A program made the position numbers and the translations under genes. A stretch of DNA of 64,000 nucleotides from Clostridia bacterium (GTDB lineage Bacteria; Bacillota; DSM-521; Neomoorellales; SLTJ01). The notes beneath the pieces are model-generated. The model saw only the letters and a list, made by a program, of their open reading frames with translations. It had not been told where the DNA came from and made no database searches. Positions 48,186-56,948 of the stretch are shown piece by piece. Position 1 is the stretch's first letter; each line of letters begins with the position of its first letter. The stretch is taken from NCBI GenBank assembly GCA_024653205.1, contig JANLFO010000003.1:19901-83900 (forward strand). Reading direction: 5' to 3'.

Positions 48186-48213
48186 ATTTATATGAGCCGG
48201 CAGGAACAATATT
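48186..48213 (-). promoter_or_regulatory. sigma-E-like sporulation promoter upstream of spoIVA
   Basis: The minus strand reads TAATATT, a 13-nt spacer, then CATATAAAT, against the consensus ZHATAXX-N14-CATACAHT. spoIVA is sigma-E dependent in B. subtilis. Confidence 0.4.
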
Positions 48214-49249
48214 ACCGGCCGCCGGGGAAGAAGGGAGCCAAATCCTCCACTTCGCGAGTCTTGCTGCGCAGCATCAGGCGGGCCACGCCTTCCTGCGGGA
48301 GGCAGCCTTCAAAGAGCACCCGGTAGACCTCGCGGGCGATGGGCATCTCCACCCCGTGGGCCTGGGCCAGCTCGCAGGCGGCGCGGGTGGTGCGCACGCC
48401 TTCCACCACCATACCTACCTGGCGCAGGGTCTGCTCCAGGGTGTGGCCCCGACCCAACAGCAGGCCGGCCTGGCGGTTGCGACTGTGCGGGCTGGTGCAG
48501 GTGACCACCAGATCGCCCAACCCGGCCAGGCCGGCGAAGGTAAGGGGGCTGGCCCCCAGGCGCACGCCCAGCCGGGTGATCTCGGCCAGGCCGCGGGTGA
48601 TGAGCGCCGCCCGGGTGTTGTCCCCGAAGCCCAGCCCGTCGGCCATACCGGAGGCCAGGGCGATCACGTTCTTGAGCGCCCCGCCCAGCTCTACCCCCAC
48701 CAGGTCGGGATTGGTGTATACCCGTAGATGGTGGGTCACGAAAAGGTCCTGCACGGCTTCGGCAGTACCCGGGTCGGCCGAGGCTACCACCACCGTGGTG
48801 GGAAAGTGCCGGCTCACCTCCTCCGCGTGGCTGGGCCCGGAAAGCACGGCCACGCGGGCCGAAGCATCCCCGCCCAGTTCCTGCGCTATTACCTGCGAGA
48901 GCCGGAGCCGGGTGCCCTCTTCCAGCCCCTTGGCGGTGTTGACCAGCAGCGCAGGCGCGGGCAGGTACGGCCGCGCCCGGCGGACGGTCTCGCGCACGGC
49001 GTGCGAAGGGACGCTGAGCACTACCACATCCGCGCTATGTAATGCCTCCTCCAGGTCGGCGGTAACCAGCACCTCAAAGGGGATCACGATTCCGGGGAGA
49101 TAGGCCAGGTTCTCCCGGCGCCAGCGCAGTTCCTCGGCCGCCTCGCGGCGCCTGGCCCACAGTGCCACCCGAAACCCCTTCTCCGCCAGCAGCACCGCCA
49201 GGGTGGTACCCCAGCTGCCCGCCCCCAGGACCGCCACACATTCGCCCAC
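48212..49249 (-). CDS. gpsA: NAD(P)H-dependent glycerol-3-phosphate dehydrogenase
   Basis: VLGAGSWGTTLAVLLA, GALKNVIALASG, GLGDLVVTCTS. Confidence 0.95.
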   Translation of the reverse strand: MGECVAVLGAGSWGTTLAVLLAEKGFRVALWARRREAAEELRWRRENLAYLPGIVIPFEVLVTADLEEALHSADVVVLSVPSHAVRETVRRARPYLPAPALLVNTAKGLEEGTRLRLSQVIAQELGGDASARVAVLSGPSHAEEVSRHFPTTVVVASADPGTAEAVQDLFVTHHLRVYTNPDLVGVELGGALKNVIALASGMADGLGFGDNTRAALITRGLAEITRLGVRLGASPLTFAGLAGLGDLVVTCTSPHSRNRQAGLLLGRGHTLEQTLRQVGMVVEGVRTTRAACELAQAHGVEMPIAREVYRVLFEGCLPQEGVARLMLRSKTREVEDLAPFFPGGR

Positions 49250-49270
49250 GTTTCTCCCTCCCCGCCGGCG

Positions 49271-49867
49271 CTAGCGTCCGCTTCTGCCTGATCCCACCCT
49301 GAACTCCGTACCCTGGCGCAGCCTCCGCAGGTTCGGCCGGTGCTGCAGGACGATAAGCGCGGCCACGGCCGCTCCCAACAGGACGTAGGCTGCCGGCTGC
49401 CCGTAAAGGAGCATGAATACGGGGGTGGAGAGCCCGGCCACTATGGAGCCTACGGAAACGTAGCGCGTGGCCAGGACCGTGACCGCCCAGACCGCCACCG
49501 CGGAAACCGCCACCCAGGGAGCCAGGGCCAGCACGGCCCCGGCGCTGGTAGCCACGCCGCGGCCTCCCCGGCCCCCGAGAAAGATCGACCAGTTGTGGCC
49601 GGCCACCGCCGCCAGCCCGCCCAGGGCGGCCAGGACCGGGCCGCCCACGGCGTGGCCCAACCAGGCGGCTATCGCCCCCTTGGCCACGTCTCCCAGCAGC
49701 ACGGCCAGGCCGGCGGCCGTGCCCAACACCCGGATCACGTTGGTCATGCCGATGTTTCCGCTCCCGTGCTGCCGCACGTCCACACCCTTGAGCCGTCCCG
49801 TCCAGTACCCCACGGGGATGGACCCCAGAAGGTAGCACGCGACCAGTACCAGTACGTAAGAAGACAA
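49271..49867 (-). CDS. plsY: glycerol-3-phosphate acyltransferase PlsY
   Basis: YLLGSIPVGYW...HGSGNIGMTNV...GGRGVAT. 198 aa membrane protein. Confidence 0.95.
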   Translation of the reverse strand: MSSYVLVLVACYLLGSIPVGYWTGRLKGVDVRQHGSGNIGMTNVIRVLGTAAGLAVLLGDVAKGAIAAWLGHAVGGPVLAALGGLAAVAGHNWSIFLGGRGGRGVATSAGAVLALAPWVAVSAVAVWAVTVLATRYVSVGSIVAGLSTPVFMLLYGQPAAYVLLGAAVAALIVLQHRPNLRRLRQGTEFRVGSGRSGR

Positions 49868-49879
49868 GGTCCTCCCTCC

Positions 49880-51187
49880 TTAGACCGAGCCCTTTTCCCT
49901 CACCAGTATCCTCAGCGGCGTGCCTTCAAAGTCGTAGGCTTCGCGTAGGCGCCCTTCCAGGTGCCGTAGATAGGCGGAAGTAAAGCACTCGCTGCGGGCA
50001 ACGAAAAGCACGAAGGTCGGCGGATGCACACCCGCCTGGGCGGCGTAGAAGAGTTTGGCCGGCTTGCGGCTCTTCTGCGGCGGCGGGGTTAGGGCTACTG
50101 CCTCGGTGAAGAAGCGGTTTACCTCGGCGGTAGGAAGGCGCCGGGCAGAAGCGGCAAACACCGCCCGCACCCTGGGCAGGATCTCCGCTACCCGGCGGCG
50201 AGTCAGGGCAGAAACGTACAGTTGCGGCGCCCAGGCCACGAAGGCCAGCTCCCGTTCCAGGAGGGCGGGGTACGCCCGGCGCGCTCCCGCGTCCAGCAGG
50301 TCCCACTTGTTGACCACCACCAGCAGGGCCTTGCGGGCCTCGGCGACCCGCGCCGCCAGACGCTTGTCCTGAGAGGTTACGCCCACAGGGGCCTCGAGCA
50401 CCAGGACCACCACCTGGGCCCGTTCCACCGCCCGCAGCGCCCGGCGTACCCCGTAGTACTCGGTGGGAGTATCGATGCGGGACCGGCGCCGGATGCCGGC
50501 CGTGTCCACCAGGACGAACCTCTGCCCCTCGTGCACCAGCTCGACGTCCACCGCATCCCGGGTGGTGCCCGGCACCTCGCTGACCACCACCCTTTCCGCT
50601 CCCAGCAGCCGGTTGACCAGCGAGGATTTGCCCACGTTGGGCCGGCCCACTATGGCCACCCGAATGGCCTCGGCCTTCTCCTCCTCCGCCCCTCCGCCTA
50701 TTTCCTGCAGCACCCGGTCCAGCAGGTCCCCGGTTCCCCTGCCGTGCAGGGCGGACACGGGAAAGGGCTCGCCCAGCCCCAGGCGAAAGAAGTCCCATGC
50801 CCGGCCTTCCGCCTCCGGGCCGTCCACCTTGTTGACCACCAGGATCACCGGCCGGTCCTGGCGCCGGAGCCAGTCGGCCACCTCTTCGTCCTCGGCGGTT
50901 ATGCCCTGCCGCCCGTCCACCACGAAGAGCAACAGGTCCGCGTCCCGGACTGCCTGCTGCACCTGCCTCTCTACCTGTTCCTCCAGGCGGCCGTCCGGAT
51001 AGCCCAGCCCGCCGGTATCCACCAGCAGGAAGTATTTCCCCCTCCACTCCACCTCTTCCTGGAGCCTGTCCCGGGTGATGCCGGGGCGGTCTTCCACAAT
51101 GGCCACCTGCCGGCCCACCAGCCGGTTGAAGAGGGTGGACTTCCCCACGTTGGCCCGCCCCACTATGGCCACTACCGGTCTTCCCAT
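49880..51187 (-). CDS. der: ribosome biogenesis GTPase Der (EngA)
   Basis: Tandem G domains (GRANVGKSTLFNRL, DTGG, NKVD; GRPNVGKSSLVNRL, DTAG, NKWD) and a KH-like C-terminus. Confidence 0.96.
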   Translation of the reverse strand: MGRPVVAIVGRANVGKSTLFNRLVGRQVAIVEDRPGITRDRLQEEVEWRGKYFLLVDTGGLGYPDGRLEEQVERQVQQAVRDADLLLFVVDGRQGITAEDEEVADWLRRQDRPVILVVNKVDGPEAEGRAWDFFRLGLGEPFPVSALHGRGTGDLLDRVLQEIGGGAEEEKAEAIRVAIVGRPNVGKSSLVNRLLGAERVVVSEVPGTTRDAVDVELVHEGQRFVLVDTAGIRRRSRIDTPTEYYGVRRALRAVERAQVVVLVLEAPVGVTSQDKRLAARVAEARKALLVVVNKWDLLDAGARRAYPALLERELAFVAWAPQLYVSALTRRRVAEILPRVRAVFAASARRLPTAEVNRFFTEAVALTPPPQKSRKPAKLFYAAQAGVHPPTFVLFVARSECFTSAYLRHLEGRLREAYDFEGTPLRILVREKGSV

Positions 51188-52518
51188 GCCACCACCTCGA
51201 GCTGACGGAGCAGGGCTCCGGCCCTGGGTTCCACCGCTACTACCTCAACGCCAAGCTCCCGCTGCAGATCTTCCAGCCGATAACCGTCCAGGAACAGGCT
51301 CCCCTCCCGCAGGGCAACCCGGGGCAGAAACACCACCGTCCCTTCGCGGCGAAGCCGCGAGCGCAAGGGCGCCAGGGCCCGAACGACGTCCCCGCCGGTG
51401 AGCAGCCCGGCTGCGGAAACCGACGGGCCGAAGAAGCGGTTGGTGACGGGCAGGAGCTCGATCCTAAGGCCCGGCCGGCGCCGCCGCAGGCCGGCCAACA
51501 ACGGAAGCCAGACGGCGGCCGCGGCCCGGCCGGTAACCAGCATCACCGGCCGCCCGCGCTCGGGACGGTAGGAGAGCTGCCGCAGCTCTTCCTCCCACTC
51601 GGCCCGGAAGTCGGCCACCAGGCCCACCCCGTTCTCGAGCTGGGGAAAGCCCTCGTATTCCTCGGCCGGGGGAAAGGGCCACCCGCTCAGGTGGTAGAAC
51701 TCGTCGGCGGCGAACACCAGCCGGCTGCCCAGGCGGCGCAAAAACTCGTGCTGCCGCCTGTGTACCTGGTTCAGCACCGCCACGGCCGAGGCGGCGTCGA
51801 AGGGGACGAGCGGAAAGAGCCGCTGCCGGTAGCGGGTAAGGCCCACCGGCACCACCGCCACCGATCTGACCTGGGGCCACAACGAGGCCAGAAAGCGCAG
51901 GGTTTCTTCCAGGAAGGCGGCGTCGTTCAGGTGGCGGCAGAGCACCACCTGGCAGTGAAGCTCGATCCCCGCCCGGGCCAGCCGCAGCAGGGGCGGACGG
52001 ACGTCGGCCCGCTCCGCTTCGGCCAGGCCCAGCAAGAGGGCCCGCCGGACCGGGTCAACCGTGTGCACGGAAACGTAGAGCGGGCTCGGTCTTAAGGCCA
52101 GGAGGCGCCGCCAGTCGCGGTCGGTCAGGTTGGTCAGGGTAACGAAATTACCGTACAGGACCGAGTAGCGGTAGTCGTCGTCCTTGACGTAGAGCGAGGG
52201 CCGCAGGCCGGCAGGGAGCTGGTCCACATAACAAAAAAGGCAGCGGTTGCGGCAGCGCCGCAGGCCGTCGAAGCTGTCGACCGAGAAAACCAGACCGAGA
52301 TCCTCGTCCCAGTCCTTGCGCACCGTTACTTCCCGGTGGCCCCAGGGTCCCTCGACCTCCAGCACCGGGTCCGGTTCGGCCGCCGCCCAGCGGTAGTCCA
52401 GCAGATCGCGCAGGGGCTGCCCGTTGATCGCCAGCAGCCGCTCCCCCGCCCGCACCCCGGCCCTGGCCGCCGGGCTGCCCGGCTCCACCTTTTCCACCAG
52501 GCCTCCTCTTGCCGCCAC
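51172..52518 (-). CDS. DUF512 domain protein (PDZ + radical-SAM-like + DUF512)
   Basis: N-terminal PDZ (VEPGSPAARAGVRAGERLLAING), cysteine motif CRNRCLFCYVDQLP, and the conserved position upstream of der in Clostridia. Confidence 0.8.
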   Translation of the reverse strand: MAARGGLVEKVEPGSPAARAGVRAGERLLAINGQPLRDLLDYRWAAAEPDPVLEVEGPWGHREVTVRKDWDEDLGLVFSVDSFDGLRRCRNRCLFCYVDQLPAGLRPSLYVKDDDYRYSVLYGNFVTLTNLTDRDWRRLLALRPSPLYVSVHTVDPVRRALLLGLAEAERADVRPPLLRLARAGIELHCQVVLCRHLNDAAFLEETLRFLASLWPQVRSVAVVPVGLTRYRQRLFPLVPFDAASAVAVLNQVHRRQHEFLRRLGSRLVFAADEFYHLSGWPFPPAEEYEGFPQLENGVGLVADFRAEWEEELRQLSYRPERGRPVMLVTGRAAAAVWLPLLAGLRRRRPGLRIELLPVTNRFFGPSVSAAGLLTGGDVVRALAPLRSRLRREGTVVFLPRVALREGSLFLDGYRLEDLQRELGVEVVAVEPRAGALLRQLEVVAWEDR

Positions 52519-52548
52519 CCCCGGGCTTCACCTCCGCTCGCTGGCCCC

Positions 52549-52577
52549 ATTATCCCCCATTGCCGGAGGAGCGTCAA
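52549..52577 (-). promoter_or_regulatory. sigma-A-type promoter for the DUF512-der-plsY-gpsA block
   Basis: The minus strand reads TTGACG (52577-72), a 17-nt spacer, then GATAAT (52554-49), 31 nt upstream of the GTG start with a GGAGGTGA RBS. Confidence 0.65.
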
Positions 52578-52679
52578 GGTAGTGCGGGACCGGCGCGCCC
52601 GTCCGCGCTTCGGGTGCCCGGCGGGAACGAAACCGCCGCCGGCGCGCACGGTCCGGGCTTCCCGGCCGGGCCGGTCGTA

Positions 52680-52871
52680 CTAGTGACGCACTATCACGTA
52701 CACCCCGTTCTCCAGGTCGTGAACCATCCCGTCCAGGATGCGGCTCAGGGCCAGGGCCATTCGGTTCTGCTCCCCGGCATCCGGCGCCACGAAAACCGGC
52801 GCGCCGCCTGCCGCTACCCGGTGCCGCTGGGCCTCCAGCACCACTACGGCCAATATGCGCTCTTCGGCCAT
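52680..52871 (-). CDS. small protein (63 aa) downstream of YIEGIA (capping-complex-subunit-like, name recalled from NCBI family naming)
   Basis: ATG 52871 follows GAAGGTGGGA. MAEERILAVVVLEAQ...ILDGMVHDLENGVYVIVRH. Conserved pairing with YIEGIA genes is recalled, not verified here. Confidence 0.45.
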   Translation of the reverse strand: MAEERILAVVVLEAQRHRVAAGGAPVFVAPDAGEQNRMALALSRILDGMVHDLENGVYVIVRH

Positions 52872-52947
52872 GCGTCCCACCTTCTGCCGCGCGGGGGCGG
52901 GGCCTGCCCGGGCGGGCAAGACCGCTCCTCCCCCACCCTCCGTTCCC

Positions 52948-53838
52948 CTAGTCCTGTGCCAGGCGGCCGGCGGCGGTGGCGAGGGGCCGGCGCTTGGCGC
53001 TTTCCAGCACCGGTACCCGCTTGACCGCCTCGATGAGGGCGGGAAGATCCGGCTCGGCCGGCAGGATAAACAGGGCGATCTCGCCCGTGTCCACGTTCTT
53101 GCGCGCCAGCGGGGCCCAGTCCGGTTCCCCTATCTCCCGCTTGGTGCCGATCAGTGCGGCCGCAGTATGAACGATGGCCTGGCGCTGTCCCCGGTTGTGC
53201 AGGGTGGCGCGGGCGTTATCATTCTTCGGTTTGATTGCCACCGCCAGTCCCTCGCGCAGGAGCTTCTCCCTCGCCTGGGGCAGGCCCACGTTCATCATCA
53301 CCACTTCGCCCACCTTGAGGAAGGCGCCGTCGAACCAGGCCCGGGCCGGTACCACCTCGGCGATGTCCCCCACCATCTCCCCGCGCATGAAGAAGCGGAC
53401 GGCCACGGCCGTGGCCGCGGCAGCCCCCGCCAGGCCTGCCGGCCAGCCCCAGAGTCCGGTAAGGCTGCTGGAGACCAGGGCCACCAGCATGGCCAGGTAG
53501 TTGCGGGCCTCGAAGGTGCGGGCGATGCCTTCGATGTAGTCCGCGCCCCGGGGCACCAGTTCTTCTTCCTCCAGCTTCTCCAGCATCCTCCTCTCCATGT
53601 CCCGGATCTGCCGGAACTCCTGGGCGGCCAGGGCCAGGAAGGTGACGGCGGTGAACTCCCGGGCCTCGAGCGCCGGGACGGCTACCGCTCCAAGGAAGGC
53701 GGCGATAAAACCCAGGGAAAGGTGGGTGACGTGCCCGTGCGGATAGGTGGGGTATTGCCGGTAGTCGCTGCGCAGCATTAGGAAACGGGCCGCGGTCCCG
53801 GCCGCGGTCCCGAGGATGATGGCCGTGCCGTAATCCAT
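52948..53838 (-). CDS. YIEGIA family membrane protein
   Basis: Contains the literal YIEGIA motif (GADYIEGIARTFE). The N-terminal half is hydrophobic. ATG 53838 lies 1 nt after the spoIIP stop and follows GAAGGA. Confidence 0.8.
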   Translation of the reverse strand: MDYGTAIILGTAAGTAARFLMLRSDYRQYPTYPHGHVTHLSLGFIAAFLGAVAVPALEAREFTAVTFLALAAQEFRQIRDMERRMLEKLEEEELVPRGADYIEGIARTFEARNYLAMLVALVSSSLTGLWGWPAGLAGAAAATAVAVRFFMRGEMVGDIAEVVPARAWFDGAFLKVGEVVMMNVGLPQAREKLLREGLAVAIKPKNDNARATLHNRGQRQAIVHTAAALIGTKREIGEPDWAPLARKNVDTGEIALFILPAEPDLPALIEAVKRVPVLESAKRRPLATAAGRLAQD

Positions 53839-53839
53839 G

Positions 53840-55093
53840 TCAGTCCTTCTGGTAGTCCGCGCGCTGCCGGTTGGGATCGGTTTCGGCCCCCCGGGTCTCA
53901 CCTTCCGCCTTTTGGCCCGTCAGGGGCTTGGCCGCCGGCCGCTCCCTCAGACGCCAGTAGAAGCGCCAGCGCCGGGGCCGGCCGCCGAGCCTGCCCCACT
54001 CCCGGGCCAGGAACTCCCGCATGCGCTCCTTCATGCCGGCCAGGCTGCCGGTGCTGAGGTAGAGGTAGCCGGCCACCGAAGCCACCAGGGCGATCACCAC
54101 CCAGAGCACCGACACCCAGTCGGCACCCGCCCCCATCGCACCCGGAGCCAGGGGGGAAGGCGCCACAGCAATTCCCAGCACCCGGGGCAGAGCCTCGGCG
54201 AGCAGGGCGGCGCCCCGCTGGGCCCGCTCCCGGCTGTTGGTGTAGGTTCCCACTTCGACCAGCAGCGAGTGCGGGGAAAGGTCCTGGTTGTAGTTCCCGT
54301 GGGCCAGGAATATCCCCCGCACCAGTCCCGGATAGCGCTCGTCCAGATAGGCCTTGACCCGTTTGGCAAAATCGAGGTTGGCGCCCATATTCTGGTTCTG
54401 CCGCCCTACCACCAGCCTTATCCTCGCCACCGGCTCGCCGGCTACCTGCGCCTGGTAGGTGTCGGCGTTGGGAATGCCGTCCCGGTGGAGGTCAACGATG
54501 GCCGCCGGTCCCTTTTCCGCCAGGCGGAAGGCGGTGCGCCGGGACCGCCGGTACGCGTCCGCATCGTGGGGCTCGTGGGGCTGCTTGTTGTACTCCACCT
54601 GCACGCCCAGGGTGCGGAGCTTCTCGGCGAAGACCTCCCCCACCCTGTAGATGCCTCCGTCCCCCGGGCGGCTGCTGGCGCCGTCGGTGGGAAGATAAGA
54701 CTCGTCGCTGTGGGTATGGTATACCGCCACCAGGTTGCGGCCCCCGCCCTGTACTGCCAGCACCCCCTCGCCGGAGCCGGCCGCGGTGGGCGGTCGCCAC
54801 TGCAGGCGCTCCTTGCCCACCAGTTCGGCGTAGGCGGTGTCTCCCGATACCCGCACCACCCGGTAGCGGTAGTTGTCGGAAGTGATCAGCTCGTCTCCGG
54901 CGTGTACCACCCTCGCCGTCTGGTCGATCACCCGGCCGTGCGCGTCCACGATGGTAAAGTAGGTGCCGTCGGTGCGCTCGTCCGCTTCCCCGGCGGCTGC
55001 GGCGATGGGGCCTGCGGCCGTCCCGGCCGGGCCTGTGGTAGACGTCAAGACCAGGAGCAGTGCCAGGCAGACCAGAGGTACGGTCCTACTCAC
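53840..55093 (-). CDS. spoIIP: stage II sporulation protein P
   Basis: Signal/TM N-terminus, VAVYHTHSDESYLP, DLHRDG, and a C-terminal TM. SpoIIP amidase/peptidase family pattern. Confidence 0.88.
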   Translation of the reverse strand: MSRTVPLVCLALLLVLTSTTGPAGTAAGPIAAAAGEADERTDGTYFTIVDAHGRVIDQTARVVHAGDELITSDNYRYRVVRVSGDTAYAELVGKERLQWRPPTAAGSGEGVLAVQGGGRNLVAVYHTHSDESYLPTDGASSRPGDGGIYRVGEVFAEKLRTLGVQVEYNKQPHEPHDADAYRRSRRTAFRLAEKGPAAIVDLHRDGIPNADTYQAQVAGEPVARIRLVVGRQNQNMGANLDFAKRVKAYLDERYPGLVRGIFLAHGNYNQDLSPHSLLVEVGTYTNSRERAQRGAALLAEALPRVLGIAVAPSPLAPGAMGAGADWVSVLWVVIALVASVAGYLYLSTGSLAGMKERMREFLAREWGRLGGRPRRWRFYWRLRERPAAKPLTGQKAEGETRGAETDPNRQRADYQKD

Positions 55094-55824
55094 CGTTCCT
55101 CGCCTCCCGGTTCCGGCTTGCGGGCCGGGCCGGCAGGGCGAAACCGCGGGGGCCGCAGGGCGGCCAGGAGGCTTCGCGGCCTGCCGGCGGTTGCCACTCC
55201 GCCCTGGAGCCTCTCCCGCAACTCACCCACCACTTCGGCCAGGAGTACGGCCACCACGCCGGAGAGCACCATCACGTCGAAGACCCCCGCGCCGCCCAGG
55301 GCTACCGCTCCCGGCAGGCCGGTTGCGGTCAGCCGGATCCAGTCGGCGATATCCAGGATGAGTACCCCCAGCACGGCGGCGATAAAGGCGGTTCGACGGG
55401 AGCGGCCTACAATGTAGGCCACGCCGCCGGCCACCAAGGGATAGGCGAGCAGGGGGTCTAGCACGTCGGCTCCCCGCTGCCAGGGGTCGCCCCGGCCCAG
55501 CACGCTGTTGAGCACGAAGACTGCCCCGGCGGTGGCGGCGATGGCCAGCAGCGCGCGCCCCCATTCCCGGGCCGAGCCGGCCCGCACCAGGACGTAAACC
55601 GCCAGCGCCACGGGGATCAGGGCCCCGCCCACGTTCAGGGATACGTCTATGGGGCCTCGCAGGAGGGGAATATCGATAAAGCTGCCTACCGCCATGGCCG
55701 CCACCACCGCCAGGGCGGCACTGTCTCCCAGGTAGAGACGGTCCAGAACCCGGTGGGCAAAACCGAAGTAGATGAGGGCGGCAATTATGACCAGGACTAC
55801 CATTCCCAGAGGGAAGCCGGGCAT
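55090..55824 (-). CDS. DUF1614 domain membrane protein
   Basis: ATG 55824 follows GGAGGGG. Polytopic membrane protein (GSFIDIPL...NVGGALIP). Commonly next to spoIIP in Clostridia (recalled). Confidence 0.65.
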   Translation of the reverse strand: MPGFPLGMVVLVIIAALIYFGFAHRVLDRLYLGDSAALAVVAAMAVGSFIDIPLLRGPIDVSLNVGGALIPVALAVYVLVRAGSAREWGRALLAIAATAGAVFVLNSVLGRGDPWQRGADVLDPLLAYPLVAGGVAYIVGRSRRTAFIAAVLGVLILDIADWIRLTATGLPGAVALGGAGVFDVMVLSGVVAVLLAEVVGELRERLQGGVATAGRPRSLLAALRPPRFRPAGPARKPEPGGEER

Positions 55825-55895
55825 AGAAACCCCTCCTACCGCAGTATCCCCGAGCATTCTAAGCTTCCCCCGGAGGAATGAGTATTATGCAGCTC

Positions 55896-56948
55896 TTAGC
55901 GGCGGGCGTAACGGGAAGTGTCTATTCCCCGAAGTCTCAGCCAGTCCTCGGTGGCGCCGGTTATCACCAGCGGGCGGCGCCGCAGTTCGACGGGAGTGCG
56001 CGCGCCCACCAGGGTCATCACGTCTTTCAGCTCCTCCTCCCAGGCCCTTATGAGGGACACCACCTGCTCTGCCGAACCCTCCCGGAGCCTGCGCAGGAAA
56101 GGTCCGGCCGCCCCCGCCATTTCCGCGCCCAGGGCCAGGGCCCGGGCCAGGTCGGTGCCGGAGCGGATACCGCCGGAAGCGATTACCTTGAGCGGCACGC
56201 CGCTCTCCAGAACCTCCACCAGCGAGGCGACCGCCGGTATCCCCCACCCGGCCGAAGACGACCCGGAATCGCCCCGCCGGCGCCTTTCTATACTGAGGAA
56301 ATCCGTTCCTCCCCGGCCGCCGGTGTCCACCCAGCGGACCCCAAGCGCGTAGAGGTGGATGACCGCCTCCCGGGATAGACCGAAGCCCACCTCCTTGACG
56401 ATAACCGGCACCCGGACCGACGCCACCACCCGGGCTATACTGTCCGCCAGGCCCCGGAAGGAGCGCTCCCCCTCCGCCATGGCCAGTTCCTGGGCGGCGT
56501 TGAGATGCAGCTGCAGGCCGTCGGCCTCTATCATCTCGCAGGCCCTCCGGGCCTCCTCCGGCGTGGCCCGGGCGCTCAGGTTGGCCAACAACACTCCCCG
56601 GGGGTTCTTGCGGCGGGCTACGGCATAGCTGGCCGCCCACCGCGGGTCCTCCAGGGCGGCGTGCTGGGAGCCTACGGCCATGGCCACCCCGGTTTCCCGG
56701 GCCACCTCGGCCAGAGCGGCGTTGATTTCCAGGCTTGCCTCCGAGCCCCCGGTCATGGCGTTAATGAGAAGGGGAAGCCGCAAGGGCTTCCCCCACAGGT
56801 CGTAAACCGTACTGATCTCCGCCCGGTCCAGCTCGGGAAGGGAGAGGTTAACGAATTGGACCTCCTCCCATCCCGCTTCCCGGCCGTCCCCCTCCAGTTC
56901 GAGTGCCAGGCGTATATGGTCCAGCTTTCTCTTTTCCCGGAGGTTCAT
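55896..56948 (-). CDS. fni: type 2 isopentenyl-diphosphate delta-isomerase (FMN-dependent)
   Basis: RKLDHIRLALE..., PLLINAMTGG, VIVKEVGFG, ASGGIRSG. TIM-barrel IDI-2 pattern. Confidence 0.93.
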   Translation of the reverse strand: MNLREKRKLDHIRLALELEGDGREAGWEEVQFVNLSLPELDRAEISTVYDLWGKPLRLPLLINAMTGGSEASLEINAALAEVARETGVAMAVGSQHAALEDPRWAASYAVARRKNPRGVLLANLSARATPEEARRACEMIEADGLQLHLNAAQELAMAEGERSFRGLADSIARVVASVRVPVIVKEVGFGLSREAVIHLYALGVRWVDTGGRGGTDFLSIERRRRGDSGSSSAGWGIPAVASLVEVLESGVPLKVIASGGIRSGTDLARALALGAEMAGAAGPFLRRLREGSAEQVVSLIRAWEEELKDVMTLVGARTPVELRRRPLVITGATEDWLRLRGIDTSRYARR

